Source: Antedon mediterranea (taxonomy: Eukaryota > Animalia > Echinodermata). Taken from it: a stretch of 64,000 nucleotides of DNA. The notes beneath the pieces were generated by a model. The model was not told where the DNA came from. It saw only the letters and a list, made by a program, of their open reading frames with translations, and ran no database searches. The DNA is taken from NCBI RefSeq assembly GCF_964355755.1, contig NC_092672.1:11780001-11844000 (forward strand). The letters are read 5' to 3'. The translations under genes and the position numbers were made by a program. Shown one piece after another: positions 39,201 through 53,675 of this stretch. Position 1 is the stretch's first letter. Every line of letters starts with the position of its first letter.

Positions 39201-42200
39201 CATATTCTTATTACCATCGCACACTACACAGCCATGTCTAAACCATTATTACCTAATGTCATGATGGAAGTCTGAAAACCGGAGAATCGAACACTTCTAC
39301 GATCTCTCTTCTCAACTTGCCGTTTCTCCTGACAAATTGGCTGATATGAGCTCCACTGCAAGGTATACTACGCCTATGTCATTCGTGCTGTCTTCGGCCT
39401 TGAATCTTAGCTCCGCATCCAATGTTCCACCGTCTCCACGTGCTTACAGCCACTACTGTGTGTGACATGTAGATAGAGTAACAGTGCAATATCCAAGAAA
39501 GTGATGGTGAATGTGGAGTGACAGTCGTATGGATGGATATGACAATTTCAGTTTAGACAATGAATATAAATTGTATTAAACGTGGTTTTGTAATGGTAAA
39601 GAAAAGCCTTAGATTTTGAGTAACCGTTAAATGGATTGAACGTGACTTTGGAGTGGAAGTTACAGTGAATGTGGAATTTACTGTGACATGGACTTTGGAG
39701 TTGTATTACTGTATTATTACTAATAGCACATGAGTGACAGTAGTGAAAATGAGTGACAATTGACGTGGAGCAGCGCAAATAAATGGATGTGATGAAGGTT
39801 ATACTGAAAGTTAACCCCCTAGATTTTTTTTTATCTTATCCCCCTAGATGCTCTTTTGATATTACATGGTTTTGTTTTCTTCTTTTTGCGATATTTTGTA
39901 TAAATTGCGTATTTTACTGAAATAAATTGTATTACTATTATTGTAATAGGTCACAATCTGGAGTTGTGGCATTTTATATAAGAACAATTAAACATGGATA
40001 TTAAAAAAAATGTAACGGTATTAGACCTAATCTTAATCTGTATTGGTTTCACATTGTCCTCTGGTATCCTTAGAAAACAGCATTATTCATATATCTTGGT
40101 TGTACTGATTTTATCCTTTATATCTCACCAGTTTTAAATAATAAACATTTTTTTAAGTGAATTCAAATTAATTTCGTTCTCTGGATACCTTCATGCGAAG
40201 TCGAACAATTCCTATTGTGAGGCGAATGAATAACTGATTTTGAATTCAATAATAGCCATTAAGCGACTACTATATCAAAGCAGTGAAACTGATATCATTA
40301 ATGCTTACCTACGCTACGTCTAATATAATTAATATCAAATTTATAACGACTCCAATCGAGTTAGTGGAATGAGGTTAATGTAATTTCGATATTCACTGGT
40401 AAACATTCAATTGAATGAACTGAAATCCATTGTGCCCAGAAGTGATTTGCAATTAAAATGACGTAGCTACTCCATATTCACCATAGTGTATATTTGAAGC
40501 GAGCACATCTTCTATACAAGTGTATTATATGATTGAAAAAAAATAGTCTCGTGGTTAGTAGGTATATCCGGATTAATTAGAGCTTGTAAAATTAATGTTT
40601 AGATTGTTGTTCCACTTTTAGCTTTTTGCCATAGCCTAATCTTATTTCTCATCCAATAAAAGATGGAAAGGGGGTGCAATTTGTACAATTAATACTTTAG
40701 TTTAAAACAGTAGGCATATCTCTGTGTTAAACACACAAAAACAAGGTAATATTATATTTGTTGATTTCGTTGAATCTCAAAATTAAGCTGACAGATTGAC
40801 TATTCTATTCAATGAGGCGGATAAAACATGAGCAAAGGGTACTCTATAACAAATAGGACTAAATAACTGGTACTTATAAACATACATTAGCGGTAGGCTT
40901 CGCGTTAGGATACGAATAGGCCTATTCATTAGTGGAAATCATCATCATTTCCTTTTATCATCAGGAAACTGGCTTACTCAATTGTTTAAAGCTTTGTAAC
41001 AGTACCACAATTTAAAACTTACCAAATTCGTATGTTAATTCCACATTAAACTATGGAATAAATAAAGAATAATATATTCTTTAGTTCATGTTATAACCAA
41101 CTCTATGGCATAAACAAGTAGGTAGTCTAAATCCCCCATAATGGCTTTGTTGATGTATCGCAATGTGCTGAAATAACTAATAACGTTAAAACAGACAACT
41201 AGTCCCAAACAGATTACAACAACATCCCGTTTGCCTGAATGAATATTAGTTTCTGCAGGAAAGCAAGCGGTATAGTTCTACAGCGATCGAAGATAAAAGT
41301 ACTGTATCAATTCCGCTATTTATTATTCTGTGTATATTTTACCAATGCCCCTAGGTTTACCATCGACTTCCAGTAGTATGTATACTAAAACCAATGGAAT
41401 ATGTCTTGTCAGGATTTCAATATTTCGACATTGTATGCATCATCAGGAAGATGACATCCGTAGATTTTGATGAAATGTATAAATAGTAGGCTAATAAAGA
41501 AATAGTATAATTTCCCGATGAATACCTTATAATTTAGGCAATAATTATTAGGAATATCATTAATACAGTAAACCCACATGAGAATAATTTATTTTGAATG
41601 CATTTATAATTAACGTTTGTTAGTTGAAAGCGGATATTATTGTATTGTTTATAAAAAAATTCAAAGTGTTCTATGCAAACTAAGGCAAGTGTGTAATCTG
41701 CGTTCAAACAAAACGTAAGTGTAGCTATAGATTATGATTATTCAAAGAAATGATTTTCTAACGTGATACGTGTTACTGGCAGGATTATCAAAGAAAAACG
41801 TAACGAACTAAAGGCAATCAAAATAGCGTAATAAAACGAAACGAGATATTTCTCGCAAATAGTTGTGAAAACCAATCTTGCTTTCTTAACGAAACATAAA
41901 TTTGTTGTGCTTCAGCAAGTTTAATGTGCTTTTTTTTATGCGCAGAGATTGTGCAGACACTTATACGTAAACTATCGGGCTGCAGTAGTAAATTTCAAAC
42001 GAAAAAATATAGGATACAAATGAGGAAACTTTGGCTACATTGTCATAATGATAAAACATTTGATTTACGTTACAGAGTGGTATGTGTGAAGCTGGAGACA
42101 GCCAGGTATGAATTGCTGTGAATGGATGGTAACATTATTCATATTTTTACACGAAATGCGTTCCATAAATCTATACTTTAAGTAGAGAATAGGAAGTGTT

Positions 42201-42984
42201 TTAGCGTGACGGAATGCAAAATTGGCGAGTGATCGTATTTCTAAGGATATATATAATATATATATATATTTTTTTTTAAATACATACAAACTATAATAAC
42301 TACAGACATTGTGATACTTTTGTAATCTAAAATAAATAGGCATAATTTAAAAAATGCAAAGTATTGAGGTAACTCATAAATAGAACAAAATTAAATATAT
42401 ACATTTTTTAAAACAGGCTATTTAAATGACTATGAAAGGCCTCCCGCTCTCACCACCCCCCCTTCACCTCTCCTAACTGTTTGCAAAATATGAATGCAAA
42501 TGATTTGACATCAAATTAAAATCAGTCCTTCATTTCACCATTTTTAGGCCCATTTTAAAATCATGGATCCGCCACTGAAAATGGAATGACTTTGAATAGC
42601 TTGCCGCAAACGTTTTTTTATGAAATCTACCAGTCTCGTTCAAATATGGGACAGCTGCACATGTTTTATACGGTGGTTGTATATTGTGACTACCGCCACT
42701 AACGATCACGTTGTAGTTGCAACCCGGATTTCGTAAAGTGAACACAGAAATAACTTTACCGCTGATGGTTACAAATCTACTGATGACGTCAGAAGTGTTG
42801 TTTGATAGTAGCTTTGATAGTAGGGCAGAATTACTATTGAACAATATTGTAAAGGCCTGCTAAAATGTTGTAGAACAGCTAGGGCGAGTAACCGACATGG
42901 AGTTAATGACATGCGTTTTACATTGTGTCTACCTATTTCAGAATTAAGCATAATTTGTATAGACTAGAGGGGGTGAGCTCTAAA

Positions 42985-43345
42985 CCTACTCTGTTTCACA
43001 GTGTCTTAGGTGATTAATAACATTTAAAGTATAGTGCTTATGGTTTGGTAGGGCCCTTGAAATCATCTACAAATAGTATAATTGTGTTATAAATACAAAA
43101 TGCGATTATTATTCAAAGTGATGTTTTATTGGGAAGGTGTTCGGCGTTTATTCAAATAAATACCATAAATTGGTATAATTAATACATTATTTAGTTTAAA
43201 CATCTTTTAAACTAACTTCTGCGACAGAGTGGGCCATTTCGGCCTAATAAAGAAGACGTTTTATACGGCTTACAACATGGGCAGAAGCCACAGTTATTCC
43301 TGCCAGCTTACTCAATAACTCGGCTATCGTGGTTTCACTCGATTT
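42985..43345 (+). repeat. Dispersed repeat with an inverted partner at 46115-46300
   Basis: Blocks TTTCACAGT.TCTTAG.T.ATTAATAACATTT.AAAGTATAGTG..TTTGGTAGG.CCCTT and ACAGTTATTCCTGCCAGCTTACTCAATAA.CTC.GCTAT both recur as reverse complements. Confidence 0.7.
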
Positions 43346-44129
43346 CAAACAAAAGGTCTTATCATCAGTTCTCCCAATGTAATTCTATATACTATTCCCC
43401 ACAATTATACTCAGATGCCTTGTGGCGTATATTTAATTTGATCTTTATTAATTTGCAGTATAATTTTTATTTTGCTACTGCAGCTTCACACGTGCGGTCC
43501 GAAAATAACCCAAACACTAAATTGGCTATCGCCACCTACGGCCGACTGACTTAGCTAAAACCAGGAAGTTGCAATGTGAACCCATGAACCTGGAAATTAC
43601 TTCTAGCGCGCACAGTTTTGAAAATCTACCGAAGATAGAAATATGGAACAATATCGTAATAGTGGAAACTAATGATATCAAATCTACGTTTCGCGGTACA
43701 TTTGAGATAGATAACCTAGGTATCCAAGGCGGAGATTTGTCCCGAAGTTTATCCCTTTGTGCTCGCCTATGTCAGAAAAAACCATAATTTATATATAGAA
43801 ACGTACATCTAAGACAAAGAATGACCTGGTTTAATGTTTATAAAGTAATATATTTATGCATTGAATATATATGTTTACAAAAAGTCAAACATTGTAGAGA
43901 AGAACTAGCTTACTGTACAAACTGTAGATATAGTTCCGATAATTTAGAGTAAAAGTTTATTGGTGATAAAGAAGTTCAATACGTGAAATCTTTATGCGCC
44001 ACATGATAGGAAATATTTATTGATTACTATTTTGCACGTGTTTTTCAGGTTTTTTGTCATTCACCGGTGGTTACACTTTCTATGATTTCCCTCTTGGAAT
44101 AGGCTACTGTTTATTTTGTATTACGTTTT

Positions 44130-44250
44130 TAGTCGCGTGGACGCGACTCTATAGTTCACTATGTCGGTCGGTCTGTCGGTCTGTCGGTCTGTCTGTCGGT
44201 CCGGTATCACTATGCGTTTTAGCACGCGACTTATGGCTGTTGGCCTTGTT
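44130..44250 (+). mobile_element. DINE-1/HINE-like element
   Basis: TTTT AGTCGCGTGGACGCGACT CTATAG.TCACTATGTCGGTCGGTCTGTC... AGCACGCGACT ...GGCCTTGTT. Confidence 0.8.
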
Positions 44251-46114
44251 TATTATGATATACTACTTTACAATACTGTTAAACTTTATATGTAAATGTG
44301 TTTCCTTCTTATAGTTTAAAGAAGATACAGCAATTGAAATTAAAGTTTTTGAATACAGTCAAGAAAACGGTCAACAGAAAAACATTGGTTTATTTAAAGA
44401 AGTGGGTATGACATGAGCTACAGCGCCCTCTACAACTAAATGCTATAATATGAAAGACAATTAAACTTTCAATTTTCTTGATTAACGTAGAATTATATCT
44501 TGTGACATCAATCATAGAATCATTACATTTTAAAAAAAGAAACGGAATTTGCATTTTGTAATAGATGGCCACATATGGCAAACAATTCTATTTCAATTTG
44601 CATTATGGATTAGAAAAATGTGTTTCAAAATTCCAGAAGATTTAGTAAGTTAATGCATATTTCAAATTGGGTCATGGAAAAAGTCTGGTATTTCTGTCAC
44701 TTTCAAGATAATATGTTGAAAGTATTATTATTTTGATTATGATATTAGAGAATATAGAATTAGTTTCGTTTGTCATAATTACAAATTGTTATTGTTTTTT
44801 AGATAAAATGTCTGAGGATATATTCCAGTATTTTATATTCCAAATAATTATAGTAAAACAATTATTTTTTTATTTTATGCATTTCACAGATTTAAACAAA
44901 TATTTTCTAAAAATTAAAATATATATAAAAAAAGAAAAACTTGATCGAAAAAAACTTAATTATTGAGATAACAAAATGAATGGTGTATAAATAATATATC
45001 TTTGATTTGACCTCTTTTGTTATATTTTACATCAATTTTTTTTACATTATGATGAATATTGATCCAAGTAAATCTTTTAAAATTAAATTTGCTGATGAAA
45101 CTACTAATACCTCTCTGTTTAATTAGTTGAATTTAATTATTTCATTCATGGTGTAAGAAGAATTACCTTGAATTAAATTTAGAAAAAAAGAGGATTATAC
45201 TATACGATGATATGACAACCGATGAAAAAACAAGGCCATCTACATGGTTGCAGAAACCAAATTAATAAGATAATAATAATTAACCGTTCCTTTCTAAATA
45301 ATAACAGTTTTTTTTCTGTGGTACGAATTTACCTTTAGTTTTTCTTTCCCAGTTCAGTTCTTCGGTTATTTATATTTATCAATTCAATTCAATTCATCCT
45401 CTTTTGTCCAATCAATTGATCAATTTCTACATTATCATTATCAATTACATCAAAAATAATATCGAGAATCATTACCATGACAAGCATAGTGATTGAAGTA
45501 GACGTAAAATACTAAGATAATTGTATACATCACAAACTTAAAAAGATTTAGTTTAATTATTCAAGACTCGGGAAGGATATATTATTTTAATGACTGATAC
45601 ATTGCATTAATTAATTAGGATCACATTATATACGGAATTATATATGGTATGTTATGTAATTTATATATAAATTATGGTTAATTCTGACATAGGCGAGCAC
45701 AATGGAAAACTTCCGTAAAAATCTCTGCCTAGAATACCTACTTGATCTATCTCAGATGTACCGTGACATGTAAATTTGATAACATTAGTTTTCACTATAA
45801 TGATATTGTTCCATATTTCTACTTTAGGAAGATATTATAAAGAGTTTTTTAACAAAATGTATGATTTCAACGGTAGATTTTCAACTCAATTTCAATTCTA
45901 CGTGATCAAAGTAGTTTCCGGGTTCACGATGAGTTCACCTTGCAACAACCTGGTTTCAACTAGGTTGGCCGTTATAGTGGCTATAGCCATTTTAGGTTTT
46001 TGTTAAATTTAGGAACGGGCCGCTTTGTGAAGGTACAGTAGTTAAAATAAAAATTATACTGCAAATTAATAAAGATCAAATAGTTTAATACAATTACATA
46101 GGGTGATAGGACAT

Positions 46115-46300
46115 TTTGAGTGAAATCCCGATAGTATAGCTGAGTTTTATTGAGTAAGCTGGCAGGAATAACTGTAGGCTATCTGTGTCCCGTTAGGACC
46201 GGGATGTCTGCCCCAACTCCGCTCTATAAGGGTCCTACCAAACAATAAACACTATACTTTAAAATGTTATTAATTATCTAAGAGACTGTGAAAGAAAGTA
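46115..46300 (-). repeat. Inverted partner of 42985-43345
   Basis: Reverse-complement match in two collinear blocks. Confidence 0.7.
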
Positions 46301-47994
46301 TGTTTAGTTTTACGAATGTCAAGCATTTTAAATAATGGTAATCGACAGAAAACGTACAAGGAGAACGTCCAGCTTCTAAAATCATTAATTTACATTGTTA
46401 TTGTGCCGAACTGCATGACCATTAAATTAAATTAATTTCTGTACTTGGAAATTAGATAAATAACAAAGGCACGGATTGATCTTACTTTATCTTGGACCAT
46501 CGCTTATCGCAGGCTGTTTCATCAGCCATTAGGAAGTGACAATATAGATGTGACAAAATTGTACAGTTTTTGTATCTGATTTTAATGCATCATTTTTTTT
46601 ATTGGGTTTGTTTAGACCTTAAATTGCTTTGTTACTTTCTAGCGTGTCATAACTATGAATTTTAATGATTAAGTAAATACCTCATGGGATTAATTACAGT
46701 TTATAATATCCTGTGGCTGTGAGAAGAAAATCGGAATACTGTAAATAAAACATTATGGTATAATGTGTAAACCAATGTGTAAACCAATATTATGAATACG
46801 ATGCAGAATCAAATATACATCAATACCTATTATAACAAGTATTGGTTATTACTTGATGTTATAATACAACGCATAAGATAATGTCTTACGGAAACACTTA
46901 ATAAGACATTAAAACAGTGATTGATTTTTTCTTCAACAATTTTAATCAAATCTTCTCTTTAAAATCTCTTTCAAATTTGTATTAAAATGTCTCCATAAAA
47001 TAATAAGTTTTTAGGGGCTTTGACTAGGTCAGTTAATGTCGCAGTTATTTACTGTGAATAGACATTGGATCGAACAAAGCCTATCTGATAAAACCATGTT
47101 TTAGCAACAACAAAAAAAACACACACACATTTTTCACAAGCAAAATCATTATTTTTGTTCATAAGCAAAAATTATTAAAATGACAAAATCGCATAATATC
47201 ATTGATTTATTCTTCATTTTTTCATCTGTAACAACATAGGTTATAACTATTTGTTAAGATACCGTACAAACACATAACCTATCATACATTACACTAATAA
47301 TTCAAAAAAAAAAAAAAAAAGTGATTGATTTATTTGTGAAATAACGTTAATAAAATTGTCATTCATTTTTTAAAAATGTATTTTGTGTGAGTATCATTTT
47401 CCATATTATTCAAAGCTAACATTGTTCCTAAGTTATCGATTCATTTATTACAATAATAAGATAAACATGAAGTATTTGTTCCCTAATGAAAATTGACGTT
47501 TGGTTCCTGGTATTATATTGTTCTTAATCGAAGCAAGCATCAAACTGTACGTATTCATTGTCGTTGAAACGGTTTGAAGAGACTCGCTTCAGGCAACACA
47601 AGAAAACTTAATTATCAAGCTGACAATGTAAAACTTCCACTTTGGTGTATTTTTTGTTAGAAATAAAGACCGAAATACAACAGAGCACACACCATAAATC
47701 ACGTCATTTCATTATAATGTATTTATATTTTTTATATTGACATATATAATAAATGGTATATATAATTATGACGCACACCTATAATATCCTTATATTATAA
47801 TTGGTAGATTTTCAATGAAGTAACATTTGTTATTTTGTCCCACTGGCTCACTAACCAGCGGAAAGTGTTTAATAACAATTTTGAGATGTTGTGCCATGTC
47901 GACTAATAGGCCTAAAAGGAATAGCCCTCTGTATGTGACAGCAAATCAAATGGCGGTCAAGGCAGATGCACCGTTTACCGTACCTGAAGAACAA

Positions 47995-48078
47995 ACGTAT
48001 CGGCATGGGTCCAACTCGCTCCTACTTCTGGTGGTGGAAGAAGTCTTCTCGAATAAGGACCGTAGGTCCAGTGTACGC
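47995..48078 (+). mobile_element. Fragment of the Nin/Deu-like SINE
   Basis: ATCGGCATGGGTCCAACTCGCTCC..TTCTGGTGGTGGAAGAAGTCTTCTCGAATAAGGACCGTAGGTCCAGTGTAC matches the reverse complement of about 21460-21560. Confidence 0.7.
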
Positions 48079-48414
48079 ATTATAACCATATCACGAAGTT
48101 TAGCACTTAGTGATTAATTTACTATTGGTAATCTTTGGCCCCATGTGCCTAAAGACAGAACATAAAAAGCAACATTATTAATCATTTATACTAATTGGAA
48201 ATTACGAATTTAATTCGTAAACATTTATTATGTGTATATTATAATAATTATACTACTATTAAAAAAATGTAATTTAAACTCGGTACCAACCAGAGTCACA
48301 TTACATTCGTTACAGTATTTTCTTTGTAGGTAATGGATAAAACCAGCAGGCATAGCATTAGGTCTTAATTACAGTTTTTGTCCTGTTTCCGGTTCCCGTG
48401 TTGTACTGTTTTTG

Positions 48415-48560
48415 TGTCAGTTTCTATGGGCTGCCTTATACGGTACAAGCTTCGCTTTTAGGAATGTTGCCCCTCTTATTTTAATCATATTTACTGTTAA
48501 TTTTTATTTTCTATAAAAGACAAGAAGAGAAATAAATGTTACTTTGATTGATTGATTGAA
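48415..48560 (+). mobile_element. Possible LINE 3' UTR and tail
   Basis: Stem-loop GGGC...CAAGCTTCGCTTTT...GCCC, then AATAAA and (TTGA)n tail, a layout typical of CR1/L2-clade ends. Confidence 0.4.
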
Positions 48561-49497
48561 ATTATGAATAATGTATTGCCGCCAACCACGTATGATTATG
48601 CGCACTGTTTAGAGAGGGCGACATAATGTTTTCTTGCAATCGTTATTTATCCTCAATTTAACAGATCTAAAAATATAGAGGCCGGCAGAGACATGTTTCT
48701 ATATGTCACATTATACAAAATTGTATTGCCATGGACAGTTCCATCAGCCTGATTGGTTCAAATGTGTATCTTAAAGATTTAGAGGATGGAATAAAAGCAA
48801 ACATTGGTATGACATGACAGCACTCAATCCTGAGGGATCAGTAGAAGACCTAAATTTACACCTTAACACAATTGATACAGCAGATAACATAACATCAACT
48901 TAACATAATGTCAAATAACATTACCTTTCTTGGACATCACCGTCACATTTAACAATAAAAAAAAATCATAAATCAAAATTGAAAAAAAAATTAAAATAAA
49001 CAGTAATGGCCTTCTAAATGTAATAAGAATTTCAATTAAAAAATAAAAATAAAATGTACAAAAAAGAGAACTAACGGTACGGAAGATCACAGTGTACAGA
49101 AAAAAGACACACATACAGATCAATATTCCTACTTAAAGACCTTTAAATTTGTTGTTGACGTTTTGTTAAAATAATGTATACAAATAAAATGTTACGTTTT
49201 ATGGTAAATTATAAAATAAAAACAAAACAACAATGCCCTACGTAAGTAGTAGTACTCTCGTTGATGGCCTTTGTGCCTAGCCTAGCTAGGCTTAGTTTTG
49301 CATTAGGCCAAGCTGGTAAAGCTAAAGACATAGTCGGTTGCTGCATTTAGTACCACAAACCCAGACTATCAGCAGAAAGGATCAGATGATGTTTATCCGG
49401 TTAAAATATATATACTAGTTAATTTGAAAAGCACAAAACAAATTAAGAAAAAAAAAAGACAAAATTAAGATTAAGGATAAATATGGAGTAATATACA

Positions 49498-49578
49498 AAT
49501 AAATTGCAATAAATAAATAAATAAATAATAAATAAATAAATAAATAATAAATAAATAAATAAATAAATAATAAATAAA
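49498..49578. repeat. (TAAA)n microsatellite
   Basis: Directly visible simple repeat. Confidence 0.9.
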
Positions 49579-49600
49579 TTGCAATAACTGTGAAAAGGTA

Positions 49601-49872
49601 TACTTATCCACAAGCATAACAGAACATAAAGCAGATGTCACATCACACTGTACAGGTACTAACACATTCAGCCAGAAACTTGTTCACAATCCAGCCATTT
49701 CTGACCACATGGCCAGTACAATCATTTACCAAATTGGAACACAGACATAGGAGCCAGAGAATTGTATCGGAAAGACAGAAATCTTAAATAATTCATTACA
49801 AATAAGAAAACACAGTAGTTCTATAAACGAGGACGATGGTGGATTGGAAGTACCAAAACTGTATAACAACAT
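49601..49872 (+). mobile_element. Penelope-like element relic, C-terminal half of a GIY-YIG endonuclease
   Basis: LSTSITEHKADV...NPAISDHMAST/HLPNW.../LQIRKHSSSINEDDGGLEVPKLYNNI follows the PLE pattern (R..EH; SA..DH....H...W; I.K....N.D.G..L...Y). Frameshifted. Confidence 0.72.
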
Positions 49873-50185
49873 AGGCCTACTAAGGAAGAGGCTAACTCCC
49901 CCTACCGTTCGCTTCGACAATCTCAGTTGGAAACGTGATGCTCTGGTACAGATGGCGCTATACCAATACGAGGTTTCATGGAAACGTTGCCAGATTACGT
50001 GAACTCACTCATGTTTAAGATGTGTCGATAAACCAACGCAAGCTCAAGTAAAACGATTTTACGATTTTATTCTATTGCATGATCAACACACTTTCTTACT
50101 AATACTATACTAAGTTAATAGAATGTTACACCAGGATGCTTCCCAGATTCAACGACTGCATAAATAGTATTTCGTGCTATTAAGA

Positions 50186-50292
50186 AAAGCCATATACATG
50201 GCTGCAGTTGTGTGCTCAAATTTGAGTTAATGTTTACCGACCGACCAACCGACCGACCAACCGATCGACATAGTGAGCTGTAGAATCGCGTT
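50186..50292 (-). mobile_element. DINE-1/HINE-like element (one end eroded)
   Basis: GCCATATACATGGCTGCAG...TGTTTACCGACCGACCAACCGA...ACATAGTGAGCTGTAGAATCGCGTT. Confidence 0.78.
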
Positions 50293-50343
50293 TGGACAGT
50301 ATCTACAGACCACCTTCATTCTAAAACATTGAAACAAAAACAC

Positions 50344-50495
50344 TATGGCGCGCTATCTTAGTTTTAAATACAGATATTTTAGTTTTAAATAGAGATATCT
50401 CTATTAATAGAGATATCTTAGTTTTAAACTAAGATGTCTTAGTTTTAAACTAAGATATCTTTATTTCCGAATAAATGACAGCTTGGCGCGCCATA
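50344..50495. mobile_element. MITE with internal roughly 21-bp tandem repeats
   Basis: TATGGCGCGC ... GCGCGCCATA termini enclosing repeated AGATATCTTAGTTTTAAA(C/T) units. Confidence 0.65.
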
Positions 50496-52007
50496 ACAGA
50501 CTTTTATAATGAAATGAAATTCATACGGTATTTGATATAATCGTGTACGTCTCTTATATCACATTCTAATATCAGTATTAATGATGAGTGCTGCAGCATT
50601 TGTGTTTATGTTTAACTTTTCAGTAATACATTATGAAAGCAAACAATAACATTTAAAAATATACAAAGGGTAAATATTAATTTATTCGTGGTAATGCTGT
50701 ACCAGTTGTGACTTTAAAGTTGTCACAGTATAATATGAGGAAACAGCAAACATAGTTATAAAGAGTGATTCAGGGAGTTTTATAATGCATGCATCCCACT
50801 ATTAGTCGTTCAGTACAAATTGTCTTCAATAGTAATAAATAGGCCTATTAAAAATTGATCGATGTGCAACGCTTACAGAAGCAAAGAACAATGCGTGCGC
50901 TAGTACAATTAAGGAATGTTTAGTTTGTAATGGTAATGGTGACATGATTGATGAAAGGTTATATTTCAACGAGGCAAAGCCGAGTTGATATTATAAGCTT
51001 TCATCTTTCACCAAATGCCATTATTTGTTCCATTACACGAATCTTAAATATTCATTATTTGTTTTTTATTAATATCTAAATAGATTCCTGTCACTCCTGA
51101 ATCAAATAAAAGTCAGGACTAGCCAAAGCCCTACATTTGATTCACATTGATTAGAACAGTAACATTTTTAGTTTCTAATAATATATTGAATATTATATTT
51201 ATTATTACATTTTACTGTGGTGTTAATTTTGTCAAGAAACGACCAAACAACCCTTAAGCCTAGCAAGGCTAAAACGACTAATACTAACAGGCCTAGACCT
51301 ACTAGCTAGGCTGAAATGCAACAATACCAATATGAAACTTCGACATCTTTAATAGTGCGTACTATTGCACGCCATGTGACCCACAATCGTCCAATCAAGT
51401 GACATATATGTATTTAGGTGTTTATAATACAATATAAAGTTCAATTGATTGATTTTAGAACGTAACATTCCATAATTGCGTCTTATTAATAACAATTATA
51501 TATTATTTTTAAACTCATAAATATTCTTTCCTGACTATTGACTATTGATGTTGATGTATTTGTTAATATACTAAAATAAATATGAATAATATTAAATAAA
51601 TTTAAATTATCATAAATAAAATCATGAATGTGTCTATGAATTTTGATAAACGTTGACGGCGCAGTTTGTTTTAAAACGGCTTCTAATCCATCCATCAATG
51701 ATTCAATGTCGAATTCTTTATACTATGGCTCTGGATAACAATATAAACCAGCGCCACCTATCTTCCAATACTCGTTTTGCAGCTGCACTGATAGCAAGGT
51801 CAATATTGCATAATTAATGTCATAATTCACTTCTTTTCTTTCTCATAAAAAGCAACGATAGAATAGTATTGGTAATTGCTTTAACGGGCAGTATGATGAA
51901 GCTTTCAAATCTACTGAGAAATGAAAGAAGATTTTCTTTAAAAGAATGTTACATCACAGAACAAAAACTAAAAATATCAATCCGCACGAGATGCATACCG
52001 TTTATTT

Positions 52008-52250
52008 TTAGTCTCTATAGTTCACTATGTCGGGTGGTCGGTCTGTCGGTCTGTCGATTTAATGAAATCACGTTTGTAATCATATCTTCACAACCATGAA
52101 TCACAATTAAATAAAATTTGGTACTCATAAATTTCAGGGCATAAATCATCATATGGCAATACAATTACGTGCGTAGCGCATGTAACACATGCGTACGTGC
52201 GCTTAAAATGTTCAACATTTATTTGACTGCAGCCCTCTATATGGCCTTGT
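52008..52250 (+). mobile_element. DINE-1/HINE-like element with captured internal segment
   Basis: CTCTATAGTTCACTATGTCGG..(GTCG/GTCT)n, about 160 bp shared with 34970-35125, then GACTGCAGCC.TCTATATGGCCTTGTT. Confidence 0.78.
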
Positions 52251-53675
52251 TATATATATTTATCATATAAACATATATGCTTCAATTCAATACTCTTTTA
52301 TCGTGTGTCTTTATATAGTGTTTACATTATTTGGATAGTCGTTTAAAGACGAAAACATCGCAACATATGCCCATATATGATTTTTATTAAAAATGCAGTT
52401 CGTGGCCTTAAAAATTTAAAAAACCGACAAATAAATGTAGATATTGCGTCTTTAGAGTCAAAGGACAATTGTAATTACCAAAGCTATAACATCTTTCTCC
52501 CCTCTACATACACCCGGTAACGTTTGATTTAGTTTGCAAGTATTCTACACTTGTCACTGCTTCTCGAGAACATTTTCTCGAGAGTTACCGTACAGCGAGT
52601 TACATTTTATTGACATGTTAATTATTTATACGATGTATTTTATGATTTTTTGTACGAGAGTTAAAAATTAATTACAAACTGAACAAATGGCATTTATTAC
52701 TATGAATTATTCGTAATCATTGATCGTAGGCCCAATTATGATATCTTAGTTATTGAAGCGGTGTTCTCTATAATTCTGCTTTATTATGAAGGTAATTAAA
52801 AACGTAATATTGAACTAACTATATTCTTGAGCTAATAAATGCGTTACACTGATATTAGAAAAGATTAGAAAAAAACAAGACACAATACCCTGGATGGCAA
52901 GAAAATAAGGAATAGGCGCGCAAGTATCAAGACGTAAAGCCAGATTTGTATTAGTCCTGATTTCTAATTGTTTGCGCATTTCAGTTTAAAACAAGAATAT
53001 GCAACTATTACGTATGTGCATAAGACAACGATAGATTACTAGTGGAAAAGCGGCTGTTTTTACTTTCAGTTTTCATGCATGCGTAATATAGCCTATATGA
53101 CGCAAGTAGTAAGTTGGATCTAAGACCTATTTTATGCGTTTAGCAAAAATTACGTTGTTGTACTTTCAACAGGATAGGTGTGTTATGAACAGTTAAAAAA
53201 TAACAATAGTCTAATGATAAAGTATTGGTACAATCATGTTAGTGCTGCAGTCAGATGCTTTTTTGCCCATAACCACCGTGAAATGTTTTCTATTATTTTA
53301 GGTATGGATTTTATTGTTGAAACATACCATCAAAAGGAAGAAGTTTTTACTATATGACTCAGCCATTATTGGTAAAGATAATAATAACACAAAACGTAAA
53401 AAAAAAATGACCATGTAATTTTCAATAAAAGCATTTAATACCTATCTATTAAGCTTAATTACACCTTGCAGTATTATAATCATGCAAATACATTATGAAA
53501 TAATATATGTCCTTTATAGCGATTAAATTACGTAAGAAATAATTATTTCACGGTATTCGAATTAGGCAAACATAATATGTTTAATATTATTATTAGATGG
53601 TGTTTAATTGTGTGAAAATAAAGAAAAACAAGGACGTTTGGTATACCCAATCAGACATGGCTCAAGGCTATTATA

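Noticed and set aside
39290-39790. GC-richer stretch with loose GAGTGACAG/TGGAGT repeats as a coding exon
   Set aside because: The frames I translated gave no long or recognisable peptide, and the periodicity is too degenerate to define a unit.
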